55,168 nt of DNA, taken from positions 62,001 through 117,168 of the IMG/VR virus record IMGVR_UViG_3300032084_002349, one strand, 5' to 3'. The notes under the pieces were generated by a model, which saw only the letters and a program-made list of their open reading frames with translations, did not search any database and had not been told where the DNA came from. Below, piece after piece: positions 37,934 to 48,740 of this stretch. A program made the translations under genes and the position numbers. The DNA comes from an uncultured virus (IMG/VR IMGVR_UViG_3300032084_002349) (taxonomy: Duplodnaviria > Heunggongvirae > Uroviricota > Caudoviricetes). Within the stretch, counting starts at the first letter, position 1; every line of letters starts with the position of its first letter.

Positions 37934-38848
37934 ATGAGTCATAGAGATAATGCTTTCCTGTTTCCTTATAAAACCGAAGAATTTTTCGGATTAAGTCCTA
38001 GAGATCCTCAAATGGTGGGATGGGAAATAACAAAGTTAAATGTAGATAAGCAGTGGATTAAAAGTACTGGAGATGGAGTAACTGTTGCTGTAATAGATAC
38101 AGGATGCGATATTAATCATCCAGATATAAAAGGTAATATTATAGGTCAATATAATTTTATCAATAATACACAAGATGCTTTCGACGATAATGGTCATGGT
38201 TCGCATGTTTGCGGCACTATTGCTGCTGTAAATAATGGAATAGGTATGGTTGGGGTAGCGCCTAAAGCTAAAATATTAGCATTAAAAGCTTTAGATAAAA
38301 ACGGTGGAGGTAGTTTGTCTAATGTAGCAAAGGCCATAAGATTTGCAGCTAAGGAAAAAGTAGATATAATTACAATGTCATTAGGTTCCAGAGGGTCGTC
38401 AGGGGCTGTCAAAAAAGCAGTAGAATTAGCAAATAATGAAGGATGTCTAGTTTTCTGCGCAGCTGGAAATTCAGGCCCTAAAGTTGATATACTATACCCA
38501 GCTAAGTATAATAATACAATAAGTATCGGCGCTATAGATAGAAATTTAAATAGAACTAACTTCACTTGTAGTGGTCCAAGTTTAGACTTTTTGGCTCCAG
38601 GACATGACATAATGAGTATACTACCTTACAATAGGTACGCCTTGATGAGTGGAACCAGTATGAGTAACCCGTTTGCTTCAGGCGTCGCTGCTTTATACAT
38701 ATCCTATTATAGACAGAAATATAGTAAAAGCAAGTTGACTAGACAGGAAATGATAGATATATTAAAGAAAGATTCAACACCTCTTAAAGATTCTAGATTT
38801 AGAGATAAGAAATATCAAGGATTTGGTATAATACATCCAAATTTATGA
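37934..38848 (+). CDS. subtilisin-like serine protease (S8)
   Basis: VIDTG, HGSHVCG, AAGN, SGTSMSNP. Confidence 0.93.
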   Translation: MSHRDNAFLFPYKTEEFFGLSPRDPQMVGWEITKLNVDKQWIKSTGDGVTVAVIDTGCDINHPDIKGNIIGQYNFINNTQDAFDDNGHGSHVCGTIAAVNNGIGMVGVAPKAKILALKALDKNGGGSLSNVAKAIRFAAKEKVDIITMSLGSRGSSGAVKKAVELANNEGCLVFCAAGNSGPKVDILYPAKYNNTISIGAIDRNLNRTNFTCSGPSLDFLAPGHDIMSILPYNRYALMSGTSMSNPFASGVAALYISYYRQKYSKSKLTRQEMIDILKKDSTPLKDSRFRDKKYQGFGIIHPNL

Positions 38849-38903
38849 TTATAGGTGTATATAAAATATTGAATAGTAAACTTCACAAATATGGGAGATT
38901 AAA

Positions 38904-39227
38904 ATGGCATTTGACGCATCACCATCTGGCTGGTTCTCTGGTTTAACCGCATCTGCAACAGAATTAACTATACCTTACTCAGCTCTTAATGATTTGAATC
39001 AAACGAAATCAGACCCTGATACTGGTGACGTAAGAGAAGTAATGTATAATTTATGCGAAGCATTTTCTGATAAATGGGCTAATACATCAGATGCAGACAG
39101 ACCAGGAAAAACAACAATAACTACAAGTTCTTCTATATCTTCTTCGCTTGGAGTTGATACGATAACTAAAATTTATACAATTAGAGTTCAACTAGCAGTA
39201 GATGACGTATCAGTAAGTAGTGAGTAG
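38904..39227 (+). CDS. hypothetical Ser/Thr-rich protein, possibly virion-associated
   Basis: GGAG SD; GGTGTATA at 38854. Confidence 0.65.
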   Translation: MAFDASPSGWFSGLTASATELTIPYSALNDLNQTKSDPDTGDVREVMYNLCEAFSDKWANTSDADRPGKTTITTSSSISSSLGVDTITKIYTIRVQLAVDDVSVSSE

Positions 39228-39287
39228 TAGATAGTATTAATATCCCCGGACCTGTATAAATATAACTAGGACATAAGGAAAGTCAAG

Positions 39288-40151
39288 ATGAAAATTTACA
39301 CTATGGTATCTAACTCACATAGATTTTTATATGATGAGTTTTTTACCAATAGCTTAAATAGAGTTGAACCAGAGATAGAATTGGTTGCTGTAGAACAAGA
39401 TAACGCCGTCTGTACAAATGGGAGTTATTATGCAGATGGCTGGAAGGAATCTATGGAACAAAAAATAGATATATATTTACAAGCAGTAAATACTAATGAT
39501 CAATATTTCATTTGGTCAGACGTCGATATAGAGTTTTATTCTTCTTTTGTTCAGCAATGCGTAGATGAATTAGGGGATTATGATATAGCATTTCAAGAAG
39601 GTGTTAATGAAGAATATTGTGCTGGATTCTTTATATGTAAAATAAACAATAATACTAAAAGATTTTTTGAATTAATTAAAAACAATTACTCTAAATATAG
39701 CTGTGATCAAAATGCTATTAATGATAATATTAAAGAAGTAAAAGGTAAATTTTTATCTCGTGATTTCTTTAATATATCATTTGAGCATAGACAATGGAAT
39801 GGTGAAGATTTTCATATATTAAGACCTATTAAAATGTTTCATGCGAACTACACTGTAGGGCTTCAACATAAAATAATGCTTTTATCTGCGGTAAGAACAA
39901 AAATTTCTGAACTTAGAAAAAAAACAACTTTACCAACTAAGAAAAGCAAAGCTAAAATCATTAGCGCTTACTATGGGATTCTGGCTGATGTTACGGAGAG
40001 TATAAAAACTATAAATATAACAAAAGTAAACCCAGAAGACCTTAAAGGAGACCCTGTTCCTGGGGCTCAAAAATTCTTGTATTGTATGGATAAAGACTAC
40101 AAATTACTTCATAAAGCAGTAAAAGAAGGATCCAATATCTTGATAAAATGA
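39288..40151 (+). CDS. nucleotide-diphospho-sugar transferase (GT77-like)
   Basis: FIWSDVDI, CAGFF, DQNAIN, FHANY. Confidence 0.8.
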   Translation: MKIYTMVSNSHRFLYDEFFTNSLNRVEPEIELVAVEQDNAVCTNGSYYADGWKESMEQKIDIYLQAVNTNDQYFIWSDVDIEFYSSFVQQCVDELGDYDIAFQEGVNEEYCAGFFICKINNNTKRFFELIKNNYSKYSCDQNAINDNIKEVKGKFLSRDFFNISFEHRQWNGEDFHILRPIKMFHANYTVGLQHKIMLLSAVRTKISELRKKTTLPTKKSKAKIISAYYGILADVTESIKTINITKVNPEDLKGDPVPGAQKFLYCMDKDYKLLHKAVKEGSNILIK

Positions 40152-40990
40152 TATCTTGCTCAATTTTTAATCATATAGATTATGGTAGATTTGGAAATCA
40201 ATTATTTCAATATAGTTTATGCAAAGCCTTATCGGTCTTACACAACTGTGACTTTCACCTGAATCCATCTAAACATTTTTTAAAATTTTTTAATACTAAA
40301 AATTTATCTTATAAAAAACTATATGAAAATAGTATCCATAAATATATAGAAAAAGATCCATTTGAATTCGATAAAGACATTTTAAAATATAGCAATATAG
40401 ATTTATGTGGTTTTTTTCAAAATCTTAATTACTATAAAATATTTTTAAATGAAATCAGATTAGAGTTGCAACCCAATAATAAAATACTTAAAGAGTCTAA
40501 TGAGTATATTAAAAAGTATAGCAAAAAATATAATTTAGAAAAAACATTATGTTTACATTTCAGAAGAACAGACTATACATCCCTGCAATCCAAACATGGA
40601 TTTTTAGATATATCCTATTATACTGGTATAATGAAGAGTTTAGATTATATTAATGTATTTATAATTAGCGACGATATAGAATTAGTTAAAAGAGAATTTC
40701 ATCAATATAATATCAAACAAGATAATATAGTTTTTGTTGACAATCTTGACTCTTACCACGATTTCTATATTATGTACTTAAGCGGTATGAATATTATAGC
40801 CAATAGCACTTTCTCATGGTGGGCTTCCCTATTATCAGATAAAAACCAACATAAAGATGTTTATATACCAGATCAATGGATATTTGATAAAAAAGCCGCT
40901 GGCACAGAATGTAGCCAAATCGAACTATACCCCTTTAATTGGAAGAGGGTTTCTCAGTCTAATAATAAATGGAAAAGGTTATTTTCATGA
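40148..40990 (+). CDS. alpha-1,2-fucosyltransferase family (GT11)
   Basis: GRFGNQLFQY, GFFQ, LHFRRTDY, SDD, IIANSTFSWW. Confidence 0.9.
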   Translation: MISCSIFNHIDYGRFGNQLFQYSLCKALSVLHNCDFHLNPSKHFLKFFNTKNLSYKKLYENSIHKYIEKDPFEFDKDILKYSNIDLCGFFQNLNYYKIFLNEIRLELQPNNKILKESNEYIKKYSKKYNLEKTLCLHFRRTDYTSLQSKHGFLDISYYTGIMKSLDYINVFIISDDIELVKREFHQYNIKQDNIVFVDNLDSYHDFYIMYLSGMNIIANSTFSWWASLLSDKNQHKDVYIPDQWIFDKKAAGTECSQIELYPFNWKRVSQSNNKWKRLFS

Positions 40991-42564
40991 ATCATAATAT
41001 CAATAAATTAAACCAATTATATAATAATATTTTGGGCAGAGATGTCGATGAATCAGGTATTAAAACCTATTTACGACTTATTGAAAACGGACAGGTCGAT
41101 CAGATTGTTCGCTCTCTTCAAAATTCAGCAGAATATTTAAAAACCCAGAATCCGAATAAGCAAATTCAAGATAATGTTACTGAAAAATTTGACTCGATGA
41201 AAGGAGATAGGAAAACTTACATATCTAAATCAGCAAAGACTGATTTAATAGATAGATCTCCGTATAGTAAAATATTTGATATAGTATTAAATTCATTAAA
41301 AAACAGTGCAGGATCTGAGATTGATATACAAAATCTGAAACTATCACTCATTAACAGTATTGCGAATAATAACAGAATAACAATGTTTCCTCATAAAGAA
41401 TATTTATTCAATGGTGATAAATTTATAGATAGCTTAAAAACTTATAATAATTTTATATATTATATATCTTTTGTAACTCTTTGCCTGTTGGTTAAAGGGC
41501 TTACAGGAAAGACTGTAGCAACATGTGGTTCTCAAAATAAATTAAGAACACTAATTAAAACAAAGTGCAGTAAATTCTCAGACTTATTCAAAGAATTGAA
41601 AGATAGTATATTTAGTCAACTATCAATCAGAATCAACGGTCAATTACCAACTCCTGAAGAAATAGAAAAATTCACATCTTTTATTAGGAATCAAGACTCA
41701 GCATCTGTTATAGAATATATGCAGTCTAAATGTAAAAAAGACCTAGAACAAGAAAACAAACAAATAACAGACCATCTAAGCTCCTTGCCACAAAAACCAA
41801 GAGTATTATTGCACATAGCATACTTAGAAAATCAAGAGCCATATTTGTTGCAAAAAATGTTGGATCACGCTTATAGCTTAAAAGAACATAACCCACACTT
41901 AGATATACATTATTACTTTGAAAATGATAGGGTCGGCAAGGAATCTAAAGATTATACACCTTGGTCTAGGGTTAAAAGAATAAGAAATATTATGCTTTCT
42001 AGAACAAATCTAGATGATTACGATTACTTGTATGTAATAGATTCCGATATAGTGAGTTACCCTTATAATTTTGTTTCAAGAGCTATTGGCTTAAATCCTG
42101 AAGGCATTACAGCCCCAGTGATGTTAATAGAAAATTCAAATGTTTTTTATGATTGGTGTGGCTATCAACAAAAAGATAGAACTTCTATTAATTCAAAATA
42201 TGCTAGAGACATTATGAAAAAAGGCTGTGCCTCTAGAAACTTTGATCTTAATCCCCCTTATGTCAAAAACGATAATAGATTAGTAGAAATAGATTGTGTC
42301 GGCTGTACTTATGTTGTGCCAACATCAACATTCCAAAAAGGTTACGGTAAATTGCAAGATGAGCTTCTAAAAGTTTTTAGAATGGCTAAAGTTAATAATC
42401 ATAAAATTTTTGATAATATTGTACAATATGAAGACCATCCTTCTTTTACGGATCATTATACGGTATGTGCAGCGTTGCGTAGCCAAGGTGGTAAAATTTT
42501 TATGGATAGAGGATCCGTGGCGTATCATGCAGATTTGCCTATATATGGAGAAAATTGGCATTAA
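40987..42564 (+). CDS. DUF4214-like N-terminus plus Anp1/GT62-like glycosyltransferase domain
   Basis: LYNNILGRDVDESG...SAEY; C-terminal RIRN, VIDSDI, FYDW, IDCVG. Confidence 0.6.
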   Translation: MNHNINKLNQLYNNILGRDVDESGIKTYLRLIENGQVDQIVRSLQNSAEYLKTQNPNKQIQDNVTEKFDSMKGDRKTYISKSAKTDLIDRSPYSKIFDIVLNSLKNSAGSEIDIQNLKLSLINSIANNNRITMFPHKEYLFNGDKFIDSLKTYNNFIYYISFVTLCLLVKGLTGKTVATCGSQNKLRTLIKTKCSKFSDLFKELKDSIFSQLSIRINGQLPTPEEIEKFTSFIRNQDSASVIEYMQSKCKKDLEQENKQITDHLSSLPQKPRVLLHIAYLENQEPYLLQKMLDHAYSLKEHNPHLDIHYYFENDRVGKESKDYTPWSRVKRIRNIMLSRTNLDDYDYLYVIDSDIVSYPYNFVSRAIGLNPEGITAPVMLIENSNVFYDWCGYQQKDRTSINSKYARDIMKKGCASRNFDLNPPYVKNDNRLVEIDCVGCTYVVPTSTFQKGYGKLQDELLKVFRMAKVNNHKIFDNIVQYEDHPSFTDHYTVCAALRSQGGKIFMDRGSVAYHADLPIYGENWH

Positions 42565-42594
42565 ATATTTACACAGTAGAAAGGTCTAGATACA

Positions 42595-42774
42595 ATGTCT
42601 AATAATTTTTCTAATGAAGAACCAAGGAAAACCAGGAATCATTGCAAAAATAATAAAGATAAAAAATTTATAGATGAGAAAGTAAAACACAAACAAAGTG
42701 TACAATTCAAAAAAGAAAAACGAGAGAAACCAAAAGAAGAAGATTGGGAATATTGGCAAGACTATTATAAATAA
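42595..42774 (+). CDS. hypothetical basic protein (59 aa)
   Basis: Read by hand; AAGG SD. Confidence 0.55.
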   Translation: MSNNFSNEEPRKTRNHCKNNKDKKFIDEKVKHKQSVQFKKEKREKPKEEDWEYWQDYYK

Positions 42775-42786
42775 CGGAGTAAGAGA

Positions 42787-43455
42787 ATGAACTACCCGTA
42801 TTCTAAGCTAAACTGGAATACTTTTCGGCCATATAAAAATAAACATAAAAACGATATTGCTACCGTATGCGGAACTGGCGAAACACTAACTCAATATAAA
42901 GTTATTGATAAAGCGTTACATATAGGTTGTAATAGTTGTGTGTACTATGATAAATTAAATTTTGATTATTTATTTTTTCAAGATTGTGCTTGGGGTTCTA
43001 AAGAATTAAAAAATAAAATACAAAAGTACAATGCTAAATCTCAAAAATTTATAGGAACATTTATAGGAGATCATGGTTTTGGTTGTAGTCAAAAATTTGC
43101 TATAGAATCGGATGCTTTATGGTATGATACTCAAGGTCCTATGTGGGGTCATCCTAAAGGTAATTTTCAAAAAGATATAGACAAACATCATTTTGGTGAT
43201 GCAGGAGTCTCTACTATATTTATATGTATGCAATTTGCTTTATTTGCTGGTTTTAAAGAAATCAATATAGTTGGTTGCGATATATCTGGGTCTAAACATT
43301 TCCATAAACAAAACAGAAAAAGCAATTTAGAGTATTTAAAGAAAAGTTGGGCATTATTTAGATCTTTTGTAGATACAGAGTATCCTAATGTTCAAATTAA
43401 TGTTATAAATCCTATTGGCTTAAAAGGCTTTTTTTATGACAAATACCAAGAGTAA
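42787..43455 (+). CDS. DUF115/MptE-like protein, candidate CMP-ulosonate transferase
   Basis: VCGTGETL, IGCN, ST....MQFALFAGFKEINIVGCD..HF; next to neuB. Confidence 0.6.
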   Translation: MNYPYSKLNWNTFRPYKNKHKNDIATVCGTGETLTQYKVIDKALHIGCNSCVYYDKLNFDYLFFQDCAWGSKELKNKIQKYNAKSQKFIGTFIGDHGFGCSQKFAIESDALWYDTQGPMWGHPKGNFQKDIDKHHFGDAGVSTIFICMQFALFAGFKEINIVGCDISGSKHFHKQNRKSNLEYLKKSWALFRSFVDTEYPNVQINVINPIGLKGFFYDKYQE

Positions 43456-44272
43456 TACCAAGATTATAGCAGAAATAGGGATCAATCATAACGGATCTCC
43501 TGAGAATTGCAAAAAGCTTATAAATATAGCCAGCTCTTCTGGCTGTGATTATGTGAAAATTCAAAAAAGAACACCAAGTATTTGTGTTCCAGAAGATCAA
43601 AAAAACAAGATACGCAAAACACCTTGGGGAGACATGACTTATCTTGAGTATAAAGAAAAAATTGAATTTAATGAAGAGCAAATTAGAGAGCTGATAGACT
43701 ATGCTGCAAATCAAAATATCAAAATGTTTGCTAGTGTTTGGGATATTGCTAGTTCAAATATGATGAGCAAATACACAGATATAGCAAAAATACCTTCTGC
43801 TCTTATTACAAATGAAAAACTTTGCAGTCATGCTAGAAAAAAATTTAACACACTAATAATATCTACTGGTATGAGCACAGAACAAGAAATAGAAGAATGT
43901 ATTTATTCTTGTGGACCTGATATTGTAATGCATACAAATAGCACCTATCCCTGCCCGGTTAATGAAATCAATCTGAACTATATTAAATGGCTACAAAAAA
44001 GATGGCCTACAAGACAGATAGGTTATAGTGGACATGAATATGGTTTGGTTACTACTTTTGCAGCTGTTGCTTTGGGTGCTGAGTGGATAGAAAGACATAT
44101 AACACTAGATCATAGTATGTGGGGAAGCGACCATCTCTCTAGTCTAGAGCCTTCCGGTGTATTTAAATTAGTAAAAGGTATTAGGGATGTAGAGTCTAGC
44201 ATTAGCGCACCACCAGCTGCTAGAATTTTACTAGAAAAAGAAAAACTTAAAAAAGATACTTTAAGAAGATAA
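43436..44272 (+). CDS. neuB: NeuB-family ulosonic acid synthase (no C-terminal AFP domain)
   Basis: IIAEIGINHNG, VKIQKR, KIPS, ISTGMS, STYP, GYSGHE, IERHITLD. Confidence 0.92.
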   Translation: MTNTKSNTKIIAEIGINHNGSPENCKKLINIASSSGCDYVKIQKRTPSICVPEDQKNKIRKTPWGDMTYLEYKEKIEFNEEQIRELIDYAANQNIKMFASVWDIASSNMMSKYTDIAKIPSALITNEKLCSHARKKFNTLIISTGMSTEQEIEECIYSCGPDIVMHTNSTYPCPVNEINLNYIKWLQKRWPTRQIGYSGHEYGLVTTFAAVALGAEWIERHITLDHSMWGSDHLSSLEPSGVFKLVKGIRDVESSISAPPAARILLEKEKLKKDTLRR

Positions 44273-44296
44273 TATAATACAAGGATACGCACATAA

Positions 44297-44965
44297 ATGT
44301 CTAAACCCACATTGGATGTAATACTAAGGGGCTATTTATATAAAGAAAACTGGACCCCACTTTCAACAAGAAGAAAAAAGCATAGAAATTATACTATAGA
44401 TTTTAATAAATGTATTGAAGATTATGAAAAACTAATACTATCCCTTAAACAGAAATACGAAGTAGCCACCTATGTAACATCTTACGACAACACCCCGGAT
44501 GATATTATCAATAATATTAAAACTAAGTTAAGTCCACGGGCTATTTATTTACACACAGAACAAAACTCAACACAGTTCACCACACTCACGAATGCATTAT
44601 CTTTATTAATTAAAGATATAGATAGTATAAGTGACCATGGCTTAATATTAAGATCTGATTTATTAATCACAAATAAATTTATAGAATTAATTAGATCTAC
44701 AAAATATGATAGTAAATCCATGTACGTCATGTGTAAAGAAACTAATAATTTTGATAGAACTGTAGATATGGTGCATATCATACCCAAAAGATTATATAAA
44801 AAATTTTTACATTACACATCACTTGAAGGAATGAAGACAGGACACTATCTACATATGTCCATGCCAACAAAATATTTATTACCAGTAAATTTTAAAGGTC
44901 AATGTACAGCACAATGTAAGGATAGTAGAAATTGTTCTCAATATTTTTCTCATAGCGTATCATAA
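44297..44965 (+). CDS. hypothetical protein (LRSDL; glycan cluster)
   Basis: ORF track. Confidence 0.55.
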   Translation: MSKPTLDVILRGYLYKENWTPLSTRRKKHRNYTIDFNKCIEDYEKLILSLKQKYEVATYVTSYDNTPDDIINNIKTKLSPRAIYLHTEQNSTQFTTLTNALSLLIKDIDSISDHGLILRSDLLITNKFIELIRSTKYDSKSMYVMCKETNNFDRTVDMVHIIPKRLYKKFLHYTSLEGMKTGHYLHMSMPTKYLLPVNFKGQCTAQCKDSRNCSQYFSHSVS

Positions 44966-44966
44966 A

Positions 44967-45320
44967 ATGAATAAAACTATTTTTTGCGATATAGATGGAA
45001 CTCTTTTAAAACATCATGGAGGATTACATCAAATTACACAAAATGAACCAGAATTGTTGCCTAATGTAATTGATGTAATTAGTATATGGAAAGCAAAAGA
45101 TTATAAGATTATTCTTACTACTGGTCGTCCAGAAAGCATGAGACAATTAACCATAGACCAATTAAATAATTTTGGTATTTTTTATGATATGTTGATTATG
45201 GGTTTACCAAGAGGTGAAAGAATAGTGATTAATGATTCAAAGCCAAACGGAACCAAAACAGCTACAGCAATTAATGTAGAGAGAAACAAAGGTTTGACAG
45301 AAGAACATTTTTTAATATGA
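44967..45320 (+). CDS. small HAD phosphatase
   Basis: DIDGTL, LTTGRP, INDSKP. Confidence 0.85.
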   Translation: MNKTIFCDIDGTLLKHHGGLHQITQNEPELLPNVIDVISIWKAKDYKIILTTGRPESMRQLTIDQLNNFGIFYDMLIMGLPRGERIVINDSKPNGTKTATAINVERNKGLTEEHFLI

Positions 45321-45330
45321 AAGGAATATA

Positions 45331-45801
45331 ATGTCAAAATATGATAATATTAAAGATAATTGGGTTAGAGAAGCTCTAGAGGAATACAAAGACAAGATTG
45401 ACAGCCAAAAATCTCATCCATTAGATGTTAGTTCTTATAGAGTAGATAAACCTTGGGGCTATGAAATATGGTTAGAGTTAAATGAATTTTATGCTTATAA
45501 AATTATTTTTATGAAAGCTGGGAATAGAAGTAGTTTACAATCACATGAAAAGAAAATAGAAACAAACTTTGTTATTGAAGGTGAAGCGGAAGTTATTTTA
45601 CAAAAAGAAGATGGAACACTAGAGAGCAAGGTTTATAAAGCGGGTGAAGGTTGGTGTGTGCCTGTAAATCGCAAGCATCGAGTGTGTGCGATCACAGATT
45701 ATAAAGCACTAGAGTGTTCGACTGCTCATTTAAATGACTGTCTTAGATTTGAAGATGATAGTAATAGAGAAAGTGGAAAAATCAATACAGAACATGAGTA
45801 A
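45331..45801 (+). CDS. cupin, mannose-6-phosphate isomerase type II-like
   Basis: VDKPWGYE, SSLQSHEKKIET, KHR, ECST. Confidence 0.82.
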   Translation: MSKYDNIKDNWVREALEEYKDKIDSQKSHPLDVSSYRVDKPWGYEIWLELNEFYAYKIIFMKAGNRSSLQSHEKKIETNFVIEGEAEVILQKEDGTLESKVYKAGEGWCVPVNRKHRVCAITDYKALECSTAHLNDCLRFEDDSNRESGKINTEHE

Positions 45802-45810
45802 AGTATCAAT

Positions 45811-47370
45811 ATGAAAGTGTGTTTATTAGCTGCTGGTAAAGGAACCAGAAACTCAAGTATAAAAGGATTGCATAAAGCTCTACTTCCTATACAAAATAAA
45901 CCTGCTATATCATATATTATAGATAAAATTCCGACAACTACTGATATAGTTATAGCCGTTGGATACAAATCTAAACAAATTAAAACATATATAAATAATA
46001 TTTATAAAGATAGAAAAATTACATTTGTTGATATAGATAACTATGACGGTGATAACTCTGGACCTGGGTATAGTTTATTGTGTTGTGAAATTTTTTTACA
46101 AGAACCTTTTATTTTCACATCTATTGATACAATAATAGAAGAAGAGTATCCTTATCTGGAATGTACTTATAATTGGATTGGTGCTTCAAAAGTAGAAGAA
46201 TCAGAATCGCACAGATACTGCTTGATAGGTTGTGATAGTAATAATCACTTCAATGAATTATACTATGGAAAGGGGGAGTATGCTTATACAGGTATCGCTG
46301 GTATTTATGACTACGATCATTTTTGGCATAACCTTAAAAACCCGACCATCATAAATAATGAACACCAAGTTATTGATGGGTTTAAAGGGTTAAACTTACA
46401 AATATTAAAACACACATGGTACGATATAGGAAATACAGAATCTTATAATATAGTACGACAAAAATTTAATAAAGAAGTTGTGGCAAATAAGAATAATGAA
46501 ACATTACTAATAGACAATGGAATAGTTACTAAATTTTTTGATGATGCTGATAGGATTACACAAAGAATTGCTAGATGCGATTTTATACCAAATACTAATA
46601 TTAAATTAATAAATGAAAACATGTATTCATATGACTATATTCAAGGATATATGCTTTCAGATATATATGATGAAAGAATATTTAAAAAGTTTTTACAATA
46701 TTATTTAGATAATTTTTACAAATATAACTCAGAAAAAGATGAAATATTTATAAATAATTGTAAATTAATGTATCAAGAAAAAACACTCAATCGTTTAGCA
46801 CCCTTATTGGGTAGTGATTTAGATCAAATTACCTATATTAACGGACTAGAAGTTAAACCACTAAAACAACTTTTAAATGATATAGATTGGAGAAGTATAT
46901 ACAGTAAAGCCATTCCTGTAAGATTTCATGGGGATTTACAACCAGAAAATATACTTTATAATATAAGAAATAAAGAATTCTCTATCATAGACTGGAGAGA
47001 ATCATTTGGTTCCAGTATAGAATTTGGTGATGCTTACTATGATTTATCTAAGATATATCATGGGTTGTTAATTAATGGTACTACAATTATGCGAGGATAT
47101 TATGGGTATTCTTTAGAAGAAAATAGAGCTGAAGTTAGTTTTATGATAAAAAATAATTTGTATAATTTAAAAAATATATTCAAAAAGTTTTGTAAAAATA
47201 ATAAATTTTGTTGGCAAAATATTAAGCTTTTAGCTATTATACACTATATGAGTATATGTAATTTATACAGAGATTTTGACAATAATAAATATGGTGATTT
47301 TTTATTTTTATATAGCAAATACTTACTAGCAAAATATAAGGAAGACAATGACTGCTACAGATCTAATTGA
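45811..47370 (+). CDS. nucleotidyltransferase fused to APH/choline-kinase-like domain
   Basis: LAAGKGTR...KALL, WYDIG; C-terminal FHGDLQPENI, IIDWRE, GDAYYDLSK. Confidence 0.85.
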   Translation: MKVCLLAAGKGTRNSSIKGLHKALLPIQNKPAISYIIDKIPTTTDIVIAVGYKSKQIKTYINNIYKDRKITFVDIDNYDGDNSGPGYSLLCCEIFLQEPFIFTSIDTIIEEEYPYLECTYNWIGASKVEESESHRYCLIGCDSNNHFNELYYGKGEYAYTGIAGIYDYDHFWHNLKNPTIINNEHQVIDGFKGLNLQILKHTWYDIGNTESYNIVRQKFNKEVVANKNNETLLIDNGIVTKFFDDADRITQRIARCDFIPNTNIKLINENMYSYDYIQGYMLSDIYDERIFKKFLQYYLDNFYKYNSEKDEIFINNCKLMYQEKTLNRLAPLLGSDLDQITYINGLEVKPLKQLLNDIDWRSIYSKAIPVRFHGDLQPENILYNIRNKEFSIIDWRESFGSSIEFGDAYYDLSKIYHGLLINGTTIMRGYYGYSLEENRAEVSFMIKNNLYNLKNIFKKFCKNNKFCWQNIKLLAIIHYMSICNLYRDFDNNKYGDFLFLYSKYLLAKYKEDNDCYRSN

Positions 47371-47980
47371 TTTATATAAAAAAGAATCTTCGGCTAGATT
47401 CAATGAAATTGATAATGAATCAATATCTAGATTTATAGATATTATATTTGAAGCCTATCTAAAACAAAAAACAATATTTGTAGCAGGAAATGGTGGAACG
47501 GCTGGGTATCTGCAAAATTTTGTGGTTGACTTTAATATGCATCCTTTTGTGTCTGATGATAAGACAAAGCCTAGTTCAGTAATAAGAAATAAATTTAAAT
47601 GCGTTAATCTATGTTCAGATCAAGCGACCTTAACAGGAATTACTAATGACTTAGGATATGAAAACGTATATTTAGAGCAGTTAAAATATCAGTTTGAAAC
47701 TGGAGATGTATTCATTGGCATGTCTGGCTCTGGTAACTCAAAAAATATTGTGAAAGCTATGAAATATTGTGTATATAGTAATGGAAAAACAGTCTTGCTG
47801 ACTAGAAACTCGGACAATAAATGCAATGAATATGCTGACTTATCTATATCTTTAAAAGGAGAGTCGTATTTTCCGGGGCAAATAGGAGGTAATAATAATA
47901 ATTTTCATTTTGAAGATATTATTTCTAAATTGACACATTTGGCCTGCGGAGTAATTAAACAAAGGATACAAAATGCTTGA
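47348..47980 (+). CDS. gmhA: SIS-domain phosphoheptose isomerase-like protein
   Basis: GNGGT, TGITNDLGY, SGSGNSKNI, EDI...H. Confidence 0.78.
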   Translation: MTATDLIDLYKKESSARFNEIDNESISRFIDIIFEAYLKQKTIFVAGNGGTAGYLQNFVVDFNMHPFVSDDKTKPSSVIRNKFKCVNLCSDQATLTGITNDLGYENVYLEQLKYQFETGDVFIGMSGSGNSKNIVKAMKYCVYSNGKTVLLTRNSDNKCNEYADLSISLKGESYFPGQIGGNNNNFHFEDIISKLTHLACGVIKQRIQNA

Positions 47981-48740
47981 TCCTAATATATTAAGAATAA
48001 AAGTACTAGATATGGTTTATGGAAAACAATCAGGCCATATTGGTGGTAGTTTCTCTATTGCTGAACTTATTAGCGTTCTTTACAACGATTATGATATTAA
48101 TGGTAAGGATAAGCTGATATTATCAAAAGGACATGCTGTACCAATTATATATGCAGCACTACATGAATTAGGAAAAATATCGGATGAAGATTTAAAATTA
48201 TTTAGAGAAATAGATTCACCGCTACAAGGACATCCAGACAAATTAAGATTGCCATTATTAGATGCAACCACAGGATCTTTAGGTCAAGGTCTTAGCATAA
48301 GTATAGGACATGCTTTGGCTAAGAAAATTAAAAAAGAAGAAGGTTTTGTATTTTGTATACTTGGCGATGGAGAAATACAAGAAGGTCAAATATGGGAAGC
48401 TCTTATGTATGCTCCTAAAGAAAATTTAAATAATTTAATTTGTTTCATTGATTATAATGGAGGGCAAAGCGAAGGTTCTACAGATGATACGATGCCTATC
48501 TACAAAAATTTAAGAGAAAAAATTACTGCTTTTAATTGGGATTGTGTCAATGTTGATGGGCATAGCATGGCAGCACTTAGAGGGGTTATCGCAAGAATAA
48601 CAGATAAACCTAAATGCGTAATTTTAAAAACCAAAAAAGGAAAGGGTGTTTCATTTATAGAACAAGGGTTATGGCATGCATCTATTCCTGATGAAAAACA
48701 ATACTCGCTAGCGCTGCAAGAGCTGAAAGCAAAATTATGA
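47973..48740 (+). CDS. transketolase, N-terminal subunit
   Basis: SGHIGGS, LSKGHA, LQGHP, TGSLGQG, GDGEIQEG...N. Confidence 0.92.
   Translation: MLDPNILRIKVLDMVYGKQSGHIGGSFSIAELISVLYNDYDINGKDKLILSKGHAVPIIYAALHELGKISDEDLKLFREIDSPLQGHPDKLRLPLLDATTGSLGQGLSISIGHALAKKIKKEEGFVFCILGDGEIQEGQIWEALMYAPKENLNNLICFIDYNGGQSEGSTDDTMPIYKNLREKITAFNWDCVNVDGHSMAALRGVIARITDKPKCVILKTKKGKGVSFIEQGLWHASIPDEKQYSLALQELKAKL

Noticed and set aside
39255..39262. T4-type late promoter TATAAATA
   Set aside because: Only one intergenic instance noticed in very AT-rich DNA; the recurring motif is GGTGTA
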